From NCBI GenBank assembly GCA_902787775.1, contig CADAHV010000002.1, positions 1 to 49,470 of the forward strand: a stretch of 49,470 nt of DNA, written 5' to 3'. Positions within the stretch are counted from its first letter, which is position 1. The number at the start of each line of letters is the position of its first letter. Both the position numbers and the translations under genes were made by a program. The notes under the pieces are model-generated. The model had not been told where the DNA came from and did not search any database. It saw only the letters and a program-made list of their open reading frames with translations. Below are positions 16,780 through 26,118 of this stretch, piece after piece. The stretch comes from an uncultured Erysipelotrichaceae bacterium (GTDB lineage: Bacteria; Bacillota_I; Bacilli_A; Erysipelotrichales; Erysipelotrichaceae).

Positions 16780-17654
16780 TGAGAGTGCTCAATTTCGGTT
16801 CTCTGAACTATGACCATGTCTATGAAATGGATCATTTCACGGAACCAAAAGAAACGCAGTCCTCTTTGTCTTATATCCGCAATTTCGGCGGCAAGGGCTT
16901 GAACCAGTCGATCGCTTTGGCTAAGGCCGGAATGGAAGTCTATCATGCCGGCAAAGTCGGAAGCGACGGACAGGATTTCATCGACTATCTTGAAAAATAC
17001 GGGGTCAGAACGGATTATCTGAAAAAGGACGACAACGAGGCAACGGGTCATGCGATCATCGAGATCTGCAAGGGCCAGAACCGTATCATCCTGCACGGCG
17101 GTGCCAACCGTTCCGTTGATGATGCCCTGGTCGATGAAGTGTTAAGTCATTTCGGCAATGATGATCTGCTTCTGATACAGAACGAGATCTCTGACCTCCC
17201 TTATCTGATTGATAAAGCTCACGAAAAGGGGATGACCATCGCCTTCAATACGGCACCGATGGATGCCGGAGTCTTTGAATATCCTTTGGACAAGATCGAT
17301 ATCTTCATCGTGAACGAGATCGAAGGTGCCGGTCTGGCCGGTATTGACAGCGATGAGAGCGATACGATCATTAAAGCGCTGCAAAAGCGCTTTCCTGACA
17401 AGAAGATCGTTTTGACCTTGGGCGAGAACGGTTCCTGTTTTATTCACGGGGAACAGATCGTCAGACAGGGGATCTATAAAGTGGACGTGGTGGATACGAC
17501 GGCAGCCGGCGATACCTTTACCGGTTTCTTCCTGGCCTCCTATCTGAAAGACAAGGATGTGAAAAAGGCTTTGGAACTTGCGGCGAAAGCTTCATCGATC
17601 ACCGTTGGCGGCAAAGGCGCGGCAATGTCGATCCCGGAGATAGGACAATTATGA
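16779..17654 (+). CDS. rbsK: Ribokinase (PfkB family)
   Basis: GGKGLNQS at the N-terminus and DTTAAGDTFTGFF near the C-terminus. The start overlaps the deoD stop. Confidence 0.88.
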   Translation: MRVLNFGSLNYDHVYEMDHFTEPKETQSSLSYIRNFGGKGLNQSIALAKAGMEVYHAGKVGSDGQDFIDYLEKYGVRTDYLKKDDNEATGHAIIEICKGQNRIILHGGANRSVDDALVDEVLSHFGNDDLLLIQNEISDLPYLIDKAHEKGMTIAFNTAPMDAGVFEYPLDKIDIFIVNEIEGAGLAGIDSDESDTIIKALQKRFPDKKIVLTLGENGSCFIHGEQIVRQGIYKVDVVDTTAAGDTFTGFFLASYLKDKDVKKALELAAKASSITVGGKGAAMSIPEIGQL

Positions 17655-18619
17655 AATATGTAGACATGCATTGTGACACCATTACCGGTCTTTACCGGAA
17701 TAAGGGGTCACTCAGAGAAAACGATATGCACATTGATCTGGGCAAGATGAAAAAGGGCGAATGTCTCTTACAGAATTTCGCCATCTTTACCTATCTTCCC
17801 AAACAGGACGCATCCTTTACCAGAGCAGCCATCGATTATTATTATGAACAGATGGATGCCAACAAGGACCTGATCGCTCCGGCATATTGTTATGACGACA
17901 TCATTAAAAACGAAACGAACGGTCTGATGAACGGCCTTCTGACATTGGAAGAAGGGGCGGTCATCGACAATGATCTGGCCAAGCTTGATGATTACTACAA
18001 TCTGGGCGTGCGCATGATCACTTTGACCTGGAACTTCGCCAATGGAATCGGCTTCCCGAACTTCACTCCGGTGGAAGGAATGGAAAGGCCGGAGATGCTT
18101 CGGATCACCAACCAGAAGGACGGACTGACGGATTTTGGTATCCAGTATGTCAGAAGGATGGAGGAGCTTGGCATGATCGTCGATGTTTCCCATCTTTCCG
18201 ATGCCGGCTTCTACGATGTGGTCAAGTATTCGACCAAACCGTTTGTGGCTTCCCATTCCAATGCTCGCAGCGTCTGCGGCGTTGCCAGAAACCTGACGGA
18301 TGAGATGATCCGCCTGCTGGCAGAAAAGGGCGGCGTGACCGGTTTGAATTACTGTTCATCCTTCATCGATGACAACGATACCGGCTATACTTCCATCGCT
18401 TCCATGGTCGAACACGTCCGTCATATCGCCAAGGTGGGCGGCATCGACTGCATCGGCCTGGGTTCTGATTTTGACGGCATCGGCTCAACACTGGAGATCA
18501 AAGACTGTTCGGGCATGCAGAAACTCTATGAGGCCTTAACGCCGTATTTCACGCAAGAGGAACTGGAGAAGATCTTCTACAAGAACGTCTTACGTGTTTA
18601 TAAGGAAGTCCTCAAATAA
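17651..18619 (+). CDS. Peptidase M19 family (renal-dipeptidase-like amidohydrolase-fold) protein
   Basis: DMHCDT at the N-terminus, plus LTWNFANG, VDVSHLSD, ASHSNAR and GLGSDFDG motifs. ATGA overlap with rbsK. Confidence 0.85.
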   Translation: MKYVDMHCDTITGLYRNKGSLRENDMHIDLGKMKKGECLLQNFAIFTYLPKQDASFTRAAIDYYYEQMDANKDLIAPAYCYDDIIKNETNGLMNGLLTLEEGAVIDNDLAKLDDYYNLGVRMITLTWNFANGIGFPNFTPVEGMERPEMLRITNQKDGLTDFGIQYVRRMEELGMIVDVSHLSDAGFYDVVKYSTKPFVASHSNARSVCGVARNLTDEMIRLLAEKGGVTGLNYCSSFIDDNDTGYTSIASMVEHVRHIAKVGGIDCIGLGSDFDGIGSTLEIKDCSGMQKLYEALTPYFTQEELEKIFYKNVLRVYKEVLK

Positions 18620-18628
18620 ACAAAACAA

Positions 18629-18676
18629 AAAAGATCCGCCTTCTGATCACGTTTGTGAAGAAGGACGGATCTTTTT
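18629..18676. terminator. Bidirectional terminator between the M19 gene (+) and add (-)
   Basis: AAAAGATCCGCCTTC pairs with GAAGGACGGATCTTTT (one bulged base). The stem is flanked by A and T runs. Confidence 0.6.
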
Positions 18677-18687
18677 CTATGTCTTGA

Positions 18688-19728
18688 TCAGGCTGCTGCT
18701 TCCTGCAGACATTCTTCCAGGGCGATGGAAAGTCTTTCCAGAAGCTCTTTCTTGTCTTCTTCCTTTAAGAAGGAGTGCTTGACGGAATTGATATTCATCA
18801 AAATGAGGTCTTCGTATTCAAAGCCCATCTCATTGAGACAGTGATCGTATTCATCTTCCAGAGTGATTCTGGACATCGTCATGTTGTCGGTGTTGATGGT
18901 GATCGGAACACCAAGGGAATAGAGATTGTATGCCGGATGAAGTTCATAGGATTCCCTGGTCTGGCAATGGACGTTGGAAGTCGGACAGATCTCTAAGGCG
19001 ATGTCGTGATCGGCGACATAGCGGCTGAGATAAGGATTTTCATAGACATGGTGACCATGACCGATCCTGACTGCTCCCATATCGATGGCATCTTTGACGG
19101 TGCGCCAGTCCTGTGAATCGCCGGCGTGGCAGATCAAAGGTGTTCCCAGATCCTTCGCCGTTTTGAAAAGCGGGGCAAAATTGGAGAGGGGGACAAAGCC
19201 CTCGGCACCGGCCAGATCCATGCAGACGACACCCTTGTCAAGGTATTTGTGGGTGATCATGGCGGTTTCCATATTGGCATCCCAGTTGAGATCTTCGGTT
19301 CCGACGCACATCATGCAGCAGATGATGCCGATCTTTATTGATGGATTTTCTTCCAAGCCCTGTCTTCTGCCTTCCAGTACGGCTTTGATCGCCTGTGACT
19401 GGCTGAGGCCTTTGAGTGTATGCAGCTGCGGCGCAAAGCGGATCTCAGCGTAGACCACACCTTGTTTGGCGATGTCTTCGATCAGCTCTTTGGTGATCCT
19501 TGCCAGGGATTCCTGATCCTGCATGACCTGCAATGGCGCATCGAACATCTTCAGATATTCATTGACACTGCCGGAGCGGGAACATTTTTCCATCCATGCC
19601 TCATAGCCCTCCAGGGTATCGGCAGGCATCTGTACACCTTGTTTCTGAACGAGTTCCCATATGGTGGAGGGGCGGAAGGATCCGTCCAGATGCAGGTGAA
19701 GGTCGACTTTCGGGAATGAATATTTCAT
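18688..19728 (-). CDS. add: Adenosine deaminase
   Basis: FPKVDLHLHLDGS, a CHAGD-type motif (ICHAGDS) and TINTDN are adenosine deaminase signatures. Confidence 0.92.
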   Translation of the reverse strand: MKYSFPKVDLHLHLDGSFRPSTIWELVQKQGVQMPADTLEGYEAWMEKCSRSGSVNEYLKMFDAPLQVMQDQESLARITKELIEDIAKQGVVYAEIRFAPQLHTLKGLSQSQAIKAVLEGRRQGLEENPSIKIGIICCMMCVGTEDLNWDANMETAMITHKYLDKGVVCMDLAGAEGFVPLSNFAPLFKTAKDLGTPLICHAGDSQDWRTVKDAIDMGAVRIGHGHHVYENPYLSRYVADHDIALEICPTSNVHCQTRESYELHPAYNLYSLGVPITINTDNMTMSRITLEDEYDHCLNEMGFEYEDLILMNINSVKHSFLKEEDKKELLERLSIALEECLQEAAA

Positions 19729-19814
19729 ATTATAATTACCATCCTTACAAAATCATTATAGCCGATGTTTTGCCTATGATAGAATAAAAGCGGCGTATTA
19801 AGAAAGGATCATTT

Positions 19815-20765
19815 ATGAGCGAAAAAAAGAAAATTCCGGTCATTCTTGACGGTGATCCGGGTCATGATGATGCGATCGGCTGGGTTTTGGCTTCAACGAT
19901 TCCCGATTTTGACATCCGGGCGATCACGACGGTTGCCGGCAACCAGACCCTGGAAAAAGTGACATACAATGCCAGAAGGATCGCCGCTTTGCTGCATCTG
20001 AACGTCCCGGTGGCCAAAGGCCGAAACCGGCCCTTATGTTCGGATCTGATCATTGCACCGAACTTTCACGGACAGAGCGGACTCGATGGTCCGATCCTTC
20101 CCGAACCGGAAAATGAACTTTCCGATCTCTCGGCTGTTGAACTGATGGCCAAGGTCTTAAGAGAATCCGAGGAAAAAGTGACGATCATTACGACCGGTGC
20201 GCAGACCAATGTTGCTGCCTTGCTGCTGGCACATCCGGAATTAAAGGAAAAGATCGGCATGATCTCTACGATGGGCGGCGGACTTCGAAACGGCAACTGG
20301 ACAGCCGGTGCCGAATTCAATATTCTGGTCGATCCGGAAGCGGCGCATGTCGTTTATCATTCGGGCCTGCCTTTGCAGATGTGCGGTCTGGATGTGACGG
20401 AAAAAGCCATCGTCTATCCGCAAGACTGGGAGAGGATAAGAAGTTTGAATAATCCGGTGGCAAAGATCGTCGCCGAATGGTTTGATTTCTTCTTTATTCA
20501 TATGAAGTCGCTTGGCTGGGAGGGGTGCTGCACCCATGATCCCTGTGCCGTCATGTCTTTGGCACATCCGGAGATCTTCGATATACGCGACTACTATGTT
20601 GACATTGAATTGAGCGGCCGCTATTGCCGCGGGGCAACAGTGGCGGATTATAGAGGAAGAAGCGGTAAGAAGCCGAATTGCCGCTGTGTTGTCGGTCTCG
20701 ATCGGGAGGCCTTTGTCGATCAGCTTGTGAAAGCCTGCGGCACTTTTGAAGGATGGGAGATCTGA
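19815..20765 (+). CDS. Nucleoside hydrolase, RihA/RihB-like
   Basis: The N-terminal aspartate cluster ILDGDPGHDDAIG, plus HGQSGLDG and AEFNILVDPEAA. Confidence 0.88.
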   Translation: MSEKKKIPVILDGDPGHDDAIGWVLASTIPDFDIRAITTVAGNQTLEKVTYNARRIAALLHLNVPVAKGRNRPLCSDLIIAPNFHGQSGLDGPILPEPENELSDLSAVELMAKVLRESEEKVTIITTGAQTNVAALLLAHPELKEKIGMISTMGGGLRNGNWTAGAEFNILVDPEAAHVVYHSGLPLQMCGLDVTEKAIVYPQDWERIRSLNNPVAKIVAEWFDFFFIHMKSLGWEGCCTHDPCAVMSLAHPEIFDIRDYYVDIELSGRYCRGATVADYRGRSGKKPNCRCVVGLDREAFVDQLVKACGTFEGWEI

Positions 20766-20766
20766 T

Positions 20767-21699
20767 ATGAATAAGAAACCTGTTTGGATCGATACCGATA
20801 CCGGTGTCGATGATGCCGTTGCCCTGGTTCTGGCTTCCACATTAAAGCAGATCGAACTGGTCGGTGCTTCGGCGGTTGCCGGCAACACTTCACTGCAAAA
20901 TGCCTTCCGCAACTGCCGCAATGTCTTGAGCCTTGTCGGCAGGGAAGATGTTAAAGTTTTTCCGGGTGCAGACAGGCCACTGGTAATCGATCTGCATACG
21001 GCGGAATATGCCCATGGCCAGAACGGCTTAGGCGGGGCGATCATTCCGATGTCAAAGGCTCCTGAAGAGACAATGAAAGCCTGGGATGCCTTGTATGAAA
21101 CGGCAAAAGAATATCAGGGCGAACTGATCGTCTGTCCGGTCGGTCCTTTGACCAATATCGCCATTGCGATCGCCAAGCATCCCGATATCGTCGGGATGAT
21201 CAGGGAACTCAACATCATGGGCGGCGCGGCAGACGGCGGCAATGTGACGCCTTGCGCCGAGTTCAACATCTATTCCGATCCGCAGGCTGCGGAAGCTGTC
21301 CTTCGTTCCGGGATCAAAGTCAATCTCTTCGGCCTGGATGTGACCCATAAGGCGTATCTGACCGAGGAAGATGTCAAGGAGATTGCCGCGATCGGCAACA
21401 GAGTTTCCGGTCTGTTCCGGGATTCGAAACGGTCGATGTTTGAACAGTGGAGGAAATTCTACGAGAAGGGCATTTGCGAACATGACTCCTGTCCGGTGAT
21501 GTATACGGCACATCCGGACTGGTTTGAGGGTCATAAATGTGGCATTTATGTTGAAACTCAAGGTACAATTACTTTTGGTAAAACTGTAACGGACTTATGG
21601 ACCGATTATAAATTCGAAGACCGTCACTGTCAGATCTTCCTGAATGTTGACAGGGACAAGTTTGCGGAAAGGATCAAAGAGGCCTACAGGTCGTTCTAG
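20767..21699 (+). CDS. Nucleoside hydrolase, IunH/RihC-like paralog
   Basis: WIDTDTGVDDAVAL, HGQNGLGG and AEFNIYSDPQAA. The start lies 1 nt after the preceding stop. Confidence 0.88.
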   Translation: MNKKPVWIDTDTGVDDAVALVLASTLKQIELVGASAVAGNTSLQNAFRNCRNVLSLVGREDVKVFPGADRPLVIDLHTAEYAHGQNGLGGAIIPMSKAPEETMKAWDALYETAKEYQGELIVCPVGPLTNIAIAIAKHPDIVGMIRELNIMGGAADGGNVTPCAEFNIYSDPQAAEAVLRSGIKVNLFGLDVTHKAYLTEEDVKEIAAIGNRVSGLFRDSKRSMFEQWRKFYEKGICEHDSCPVMYTAHPDWFEGHKCGIYVETQGTITFGKTVTDLWTDYKFEDRHCQIFLNVDRDKFAERIKEAYRSF

Positions 21700-21713
21700 A
21701 AAGAGGGGGAAGA

Positions 21714-23084
21714 ATGAAAACAGTTTGGGAAAAATATGATGCAAAGACAATGAAGAGCGTTATGGCTCTTTCCGAGGATTACAAGAAGTTCCTCGACAAT
21801 GCAAAGACGGAAAGAGAAGCGGTAAACGAATCGATCGCCCGTGCAAAGAAAGCCGGATTCAAAGAATTCAAGGCGCAGAAGAAAATCAAGGCCGGCGATA
21901 AATTCTATTTCAACAACCGCGGCAAATCATTGGCTTTATTCGTCATCGGCAAGAAGCCTTTGGAAGAAGGCATGAATATCCTTGGTGCGCATATCGACTC
22001 TCCGCGCATCGACTTAAAACCGAATCCTTTATATGAAGACAACGGTCTTCTGTTAATGGATACTCACTACTACGGCGGTATCAAGAAATACCAGTGGACA
22101 GCAAGACCTCTGGCGTTGCATGGCGTTGTCTGCAAGAAGGACGGCAGCAAGGTTGATGTCTGCATCGGTGAAAAGGACGATGATCCGATCCTGGAGATCT
22201 CCGATCTTCTGATCCACCTGGCAAAAGACCAGATGACCAAGCCCGGTTCCAATGTCGTTGAAGGTGAAGACCTCAACGCTTTAGCCGGCTCGATCCCGGC
22301 CAAGACCAAGAAGGAAGAAAAGGATCCGGTCAAGAAGAACATCCTCGATATCTTAAAGAAGGACTACGGCATGGAAGAAGAAGACTTCATCTCTGCCGAA
22401 CTGGAGCTGGTACCTTCCGGCAAGGCCAGAGACCTGGGCCTGGACAGAAGCATGGTTATGGGCTATGGCCACGATGACCGCATCTGTGCCTACACTTCTT
22501 TGGCTGCGTTATTGGAATCTGTCGATCCGGAACGCACTTCCGTCTGCATTCTTACCGATAAGGAAGAGATCGGTTCGATCGGTTCCACCGGTGCACAGTC
22601 CGCTTTCTTCGAAAATGCGGTTGCCGAACTGATCAATGTTTCCACGGATTACTCCGATCTGAAAGTCAGACATGCTCTGGAAAATTCCCGCATGCTGTCT
22701 TCCGATGTCTCGGCTGCTTTCGATCCAAACTACGCGCAGGTCAATGATCCGAAGAATGCCGCTTACTTCGGCAAGGGTATCTCCTTCAACAAATATACCG
22801 GTTCCAGAGGCAAGTCCGGTTCCAACGATGCTCCGGCAGAGTTCATCGCCAAGATCCGCAACATCATGGACAAGAACGATGTCAGCTACCAGTTTACGGA
22901 GCTCGGCAGAGTTGACCAGGGCGGCGGCGGCACAATCGCTTATGTACTGGCTAATAAAAATATGGATGTCGTTGATGCCGGCATCGCCGTGCAGAACATG
23001 CACGCACCTTATGAAACTGCATCTAAGGCAGATATCTACGAAGCATATCGTGCCTATAAAGTATTCTTAAAGGAAATGGATTAA
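21714..23084 (+). CDS. M18-family aminopeptidase
   Basis: 456 aa. GAHIDSPRIDLKPNP, GYGHDDR, LTDKEEIGS and the C-terminal NMHAPYE are typical M18 metal and active-site segments. Confidence 0.85.
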   Translation: MKTVWEKYDAKTMKSVMALSEDYKKFLDNAKTEREAVNESIARAKKAGFKEFKAQKKIKAGDKFYFNNRGKSLALFVIGKKPLEEGMNILGAHIDSPRIDLKPNPLYEDNGLLLMDTHYYGGIKKYQWTARPLALHGVVCKKDGSKVDVCIGEKDDDPILEISDLLIHLAKDQMTKPGSNVVEGEDLNALAGSIPAKTKKEEKDPVKKNILDILKKDYGMEEEDFISAELELVPSGKARDLGLDRSMVMGYGHDDRICAYTSLAALLESVDPERTSVCILTDKEEIGSIGSTGAQSAFFENAVAELINVSTDYSDLKVRHALENSRMLSSDVSAAFDPNYAQVNDPKNAAYFGKGISFNKYTGSRGKSGSNDAPAEFIAKIRNIMDKNDVSYQFTELGRVDQGGGGTIAYVLANKNMDVVDAGIAVQNMHAPYETASKADIYEAYRAYKVFLKEMD

Positions 23085-24208
23085 TGTTTCTCAATTATGA
23101 AGGCTCAGTTTTATCTTATGTAGCTTCGATCAGAAGATATTTTGGTCTGGCATCGAGCTACAGCCCTGATCCTTCGCTAAGCGACATCTTAGACAGACAA
23201 AGGCCTGAAAAGGTCTTTGTTTTGTTGGTGGACGGCATGGGAGCCAACCTGATCAAAAGAAAGCTTGCGGCAGACAGTTTTTTGAACCGCAATCTGCTGG
23301 CCAAGACCAATACGGTCTTTCCTTCTACCACGACCGCGGCAACCAGTGCGATACGAAACGGCCGCCCGCCATGTGAAAACGGCTGGCTAGGCTGGTCACA
23401 GTATCTGAAGGAAGCGGATGACATCATCATCCCTTTCCGCTCGATGGGTTTCTACAATGATGTCTGCTATGAGAAGGACATTTTCAAACGCTATGTGCCG
23501 ATCCCGACGACCGAAGAGGAATTAAACAAGGCCGGTATTGAGGCCAGGATCCTCTTTCCTTCCTTTGAAGAGGACGGCTGCGAGGATTTTGATGAGATGT
23601 GCTGCCGTCTGGCGGATTTCTCCTATTCCGATCAGTATCGCTATATCTATGCCTATTGGGACAAGTACGATACCTATATGCATGAATACGGACCATCTCA
23701 CAAGATCTGTGATTCCTATCTCGAACACATCAATTACGAGATCGAAAATCTGGTAAACAATCTGAGTGAGGACACGATGCTGATCGTTACGGCGGATCAT
23801 GGTCAGGTGGATATTCACCGTCATTTCAATCTCTGCCGTTCCGAATTTGAGAAATATCTTGTCCGAAGACCTTCTCTGGAACAGCGGGCAATGTCTTTGT
23901 CCATCCGCAAGGGAATGGAGAAGGAATTTGAGAAGCGTTTCAAGGAATGTTTTGAAAACGACTATATCCTTTTGAGCCGGGCACAGGCGATTGCCGGCAA
24001 TCTGTTCGGCGACAAGCCAAGACATCCGCGTTTTGATGAATTCGTCGGTGATTACATTGCCATCGCCAAAAGCGATATGGTCCTGATCTATCGGGAGAGG
24101 GATGAGTGCCACTATCCCGGCCAGCATGCCGGAATCTGTGATGACGAGATCTATGTACCGATCATCGTCGCTTATAAAAATAAGGAAGCGCAAGTAAAAC
24201 AAGGATAA
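23084..24208 (+). CDS. Alkaline-phosphatase-superfamily enzyme (type I phosphodiesterase / nucleotide pyrophosphatase-like)
   Basis: VLLVDGMGANL (metal Asp), FPSTTTAATSAI (Thr nucleophile region) and TADHGQ. TAATG overlap with the upstream aminopeptidase gene. Confidence 0.75.
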   Translation: MFLNYEGSVLSYVASIRRYFGLASSYSPDPSLSDILDRQRPEKVFVLLVDGMGANLIKRKLAADSFLNRNLLAKTNTVFPSTTTAATSAIRNGRPPCENGWLGWSQYLKEADDIIIPFRSMGFYNDVCYEKDIFKRYVPIPTTEEELNKAGIEARILFPSFEEDGCEDFDEMCCRLADFSYSDQYRYIYAYWDKYDTYMHEYGPSHKICDSYLEHINYEIENLVNNLSEDTMLIVTADHGQVDIHRHFNLCRSEFEKYLVRRPSLEQRAMSLSIRKGMEKEFEKRFKECFENDYILLSRAQAIAGNLFGDKPRHPRFDEFVGDYIAIAKSDMVLIYRERDECHYPGQHAGICDDEIYVPIIVAYKNKEAQVKQG

Positions 24209-24240
24209 AGAAGAAGGATAAGTGTTATCATAAAAAAGGT

Positions 24241-24972
24241 ATGAAGAAGGTTGTTTGCAAGAATTGCGGTGCCCAATATACGGATGATTTAGCGAAATGT
24301 CCGTACTGCGGCACGATGCACAAAAGAGGTGCTTACCGTCAATTCCGTAAGAAGATCTCGGATATGATCGATTCGATGCTGGGCTTAAAAGAAAAGGCAC
24401 AGGCATCAGTCAGCCGGATCATCCTTTTGTCATTGCTTCGCTCCGCTTTGATCATCGCTGTGGTGATCGGCCTGGCTTTCTTTGCTTCGGGCTTTGCCGA
24501 TATCAATTACTATAACGACAAGGAATACGATCAGGAGGCTCTGGAGACGATCCTCTGGGAAGAGGAGAATCTGGAAAAACTGGATGAAGCCTATGCCAAA
24601 GAGGACTATGAAACAATCAAAAAACTCTACTACGAAAACAGCAGAGTTGTTTCTCACTGGCCGAAGTATTCGATGTTTGCTTTGAAGGCGCAATACAAAG
24701 AGATCATGGAAGAAGAACGTTTCAATGAGTATGTATTGAGCGATGTTTTATACTTCCTCTACTATCCGGAATACTTTACCGGTTACGGCAGAGTCAAGAA
24801 CATCGACACGCAGGAATATGAACTGATGTGCGAAGGCCTCTATACCAGGATGAATCAGGAAGGCTTTTCCAAGGCAAAACTGGAAGAGATCTATAAGAAA
24901 CATGCGGATTCCTATGGCTACATCCATGCTGCAGATCTTCAGGAATATATAAAGGAGGAAGGCAATGGTTAA
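24241..24972 (+). CDS. Hypothetical membrane protein: N-terminal zinc ribbon, one TM, about 150-aa helical Tyr/Glu-rich domain
   Basis: CKNCGAQ...CPYCG, then the TM ALIIAVVIGLAFFASGF. No family was recognised. Paralogous to the next two ORFs. Confidence 0.7.
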   Translation: MKKVVCKNCGAQYTDDLAKCPYCGTMHKRGAYRQFRKKISDMIDSMLGLKEKAQASVSRIILLSLLRSALIIAVVIGLAFFASGFADINYYNDKEYDQEALETILWEEENLEKLDEAYAKEDYETIKKLYYENSRVVSHWPKYSMFALKAQYKEIMEEERFNEYVLSDVLYFLYYPEYFTGYGRVKNIDTQEYELMCEGLYTRMNQEGFSKAKLEEIYKKHADSYGYIHAADLQEYIKEEGNG

Positions 24973-25687
24973 CTGTAAAAACTGCGGTGCGCCTTTGTCT
25001 TTGGAAGAGGCGGTCTGTCCGCACTGCGGTACACCGAACCCGGAAGCACAGGAACACTTAAAGAAACTGGCGCAGCTGAATTCGGCTTTTGAACAGACCC
25101 AGTACGAAGTTGTCGACGAGGTCAAGAAAAACAAGCGCGGCTATGGTGTTCTGGTGATTCTGGTCATGGTCATGCTGGCAAATCTGATACTGATACCGGT
25201 ACATGCCGCCAGCTACGATATAGCCGAAAAGCTGACTGCCGACAAGAGAGGCAAAGATGACATCCTTGCCACGCTGGATACATTGATGGAAGAGGGCGAG
25301 TACATTGAAATGTTCCTGTTCTCCGACCGTTACCGTCTGAATTACAGAGATTATGGGGAGTATAATCAGATCAACTATCTGGCTTCCGATTACAATCGGG
25401 TCGTCAACTGTGTCACCAACTACCTGTATGGAAAAGACAACTACAGCGATCCTTTGGTCCAGGCTTGCGATACTCTCATTCAGTTTAAGAACGATTATGA
25501 TTCCTATTCAAGGCGAATGGAAGATCAGCGCTTAAAGGGTTATCTGGATAAACTGAATGCGGAAATGGATGCCTATGTCAAGACGTTCCTGAAGCTGACC
25601 GATGAGGACATTGCCGGAATTGCCGATATGAGCAACTCTGAACTGCTCTTAAAAGTGAATGAGAGGCTGACCAATGAAGAAGAATAG
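24965..25687 (+). CDS. Hypothetical membrane protein, paralog with zinc ribbon, TM and helical domain
   Basis: CKNCGAP...CPHCG, then the TM GVLVILVMVMLANLILIPV. 8-nt overlap with the upstream gene. Confidence 0.7.
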   Translation: MVNCKNCGAPLSLEEAVCPHCGTPNPEAQEHLKKLAQLNSAFEQTQYEVVDEVKKNKRGYGVLVILVMVMLANLILIPVHAASYDIAEKLTADKRGKDDILATLDTLMEEGEYIEMFLFSDRYRLNYRDYGEYNQINYLASDYNRVVNCVTNYLYGKDNYSDPLVQACDTLIQFKNDYDSYSRRMEDQRLKGYLDKLNAEMDAYVKTFLKLTDEDIAGIADMSNSELLLKVNERLTNEEE

Positions 25688-26099
25688 AAGAAACCGCAGC
25701 AGGTGGGTCGGACTTGGCAGAAGTCTCATTATCCTCTTTCTCATCATCCTGTTCTTCAATGCGATGGCATTGTTCATTGAGATCCGCAGGGATATGATCT
25801 ATGATGCCAGAAGCTATGGCCTGAATGCCTTAAATGATTATTTTGATCGGGGAGAATACCAGGAGATCTATGAGTATACGATCCGAAACAAATATGCCGA
25901 AGATGAGCTGAGCGTCGATGTCAGCCAGTATGAGGCTTTCGGCCGCTACTACCACGCCTATACTCTGGCCAGGATCTATGAAGATAATGGCAAGTATCTG
26001 GCAAGGATGGCGGAAGAAAAAGAAAAGATCACGTGGAAAAAGATCCTGACCGTGATCGATGAATTGGAAAGTGAAATGAATGAAAAAGCGAGCTTATGA
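25674..26099 (+). CDS. Hypothetical membrane protein, shorter paralog lacking the zinc ribbon
   Basis: Basic N-terminus, the TM SLIILFLIILFFNAMALFI and a helical domain carrying the shared L-[DN]-x5-[GE]-[ED]-Y motif. 14-nt overlap with the upstream gene. Confidence 0.65.
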   Translation: MKKNRRNRSRWVGLGRSLIILFLIILFFNAMALFIEIRRDMIYDARSYGLNALNDYFDRGEYQEIYEYTIRNKYAEDELSVDVSQYEAFGRYYHAYTLARIYEDNGKYLARMAEEKEKITWKKILTVIDELESEMNEKASL

Positions 26100-26118
26100 A
26101 CTCGCTTTTCTATTTTTT
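26085..26118. terminator. Bidirectional terminator between the zinc-ribbon triad (+) and degV (-)
   Basis: AAAGCGAG (26085-26092) pairs with CTCGCTTT (26101-26108), followed by a T-rich run. Confidence 0.6.

Noticed and set aside
20241-21044. Long antisense ORFs opposite well-supported genes (20241-21044, 23522-24406, 28001-29071, 32400-33248, 16542-17096, 12035-12526)
   Set aside because: Each lies entirely within a strongly recognisable gene on the other strand (nucleoside hydrolases, AP-family enzyme, tex, glgA, deoD/rbsK, scpB). All have low-complexity or unrecognisable translations.
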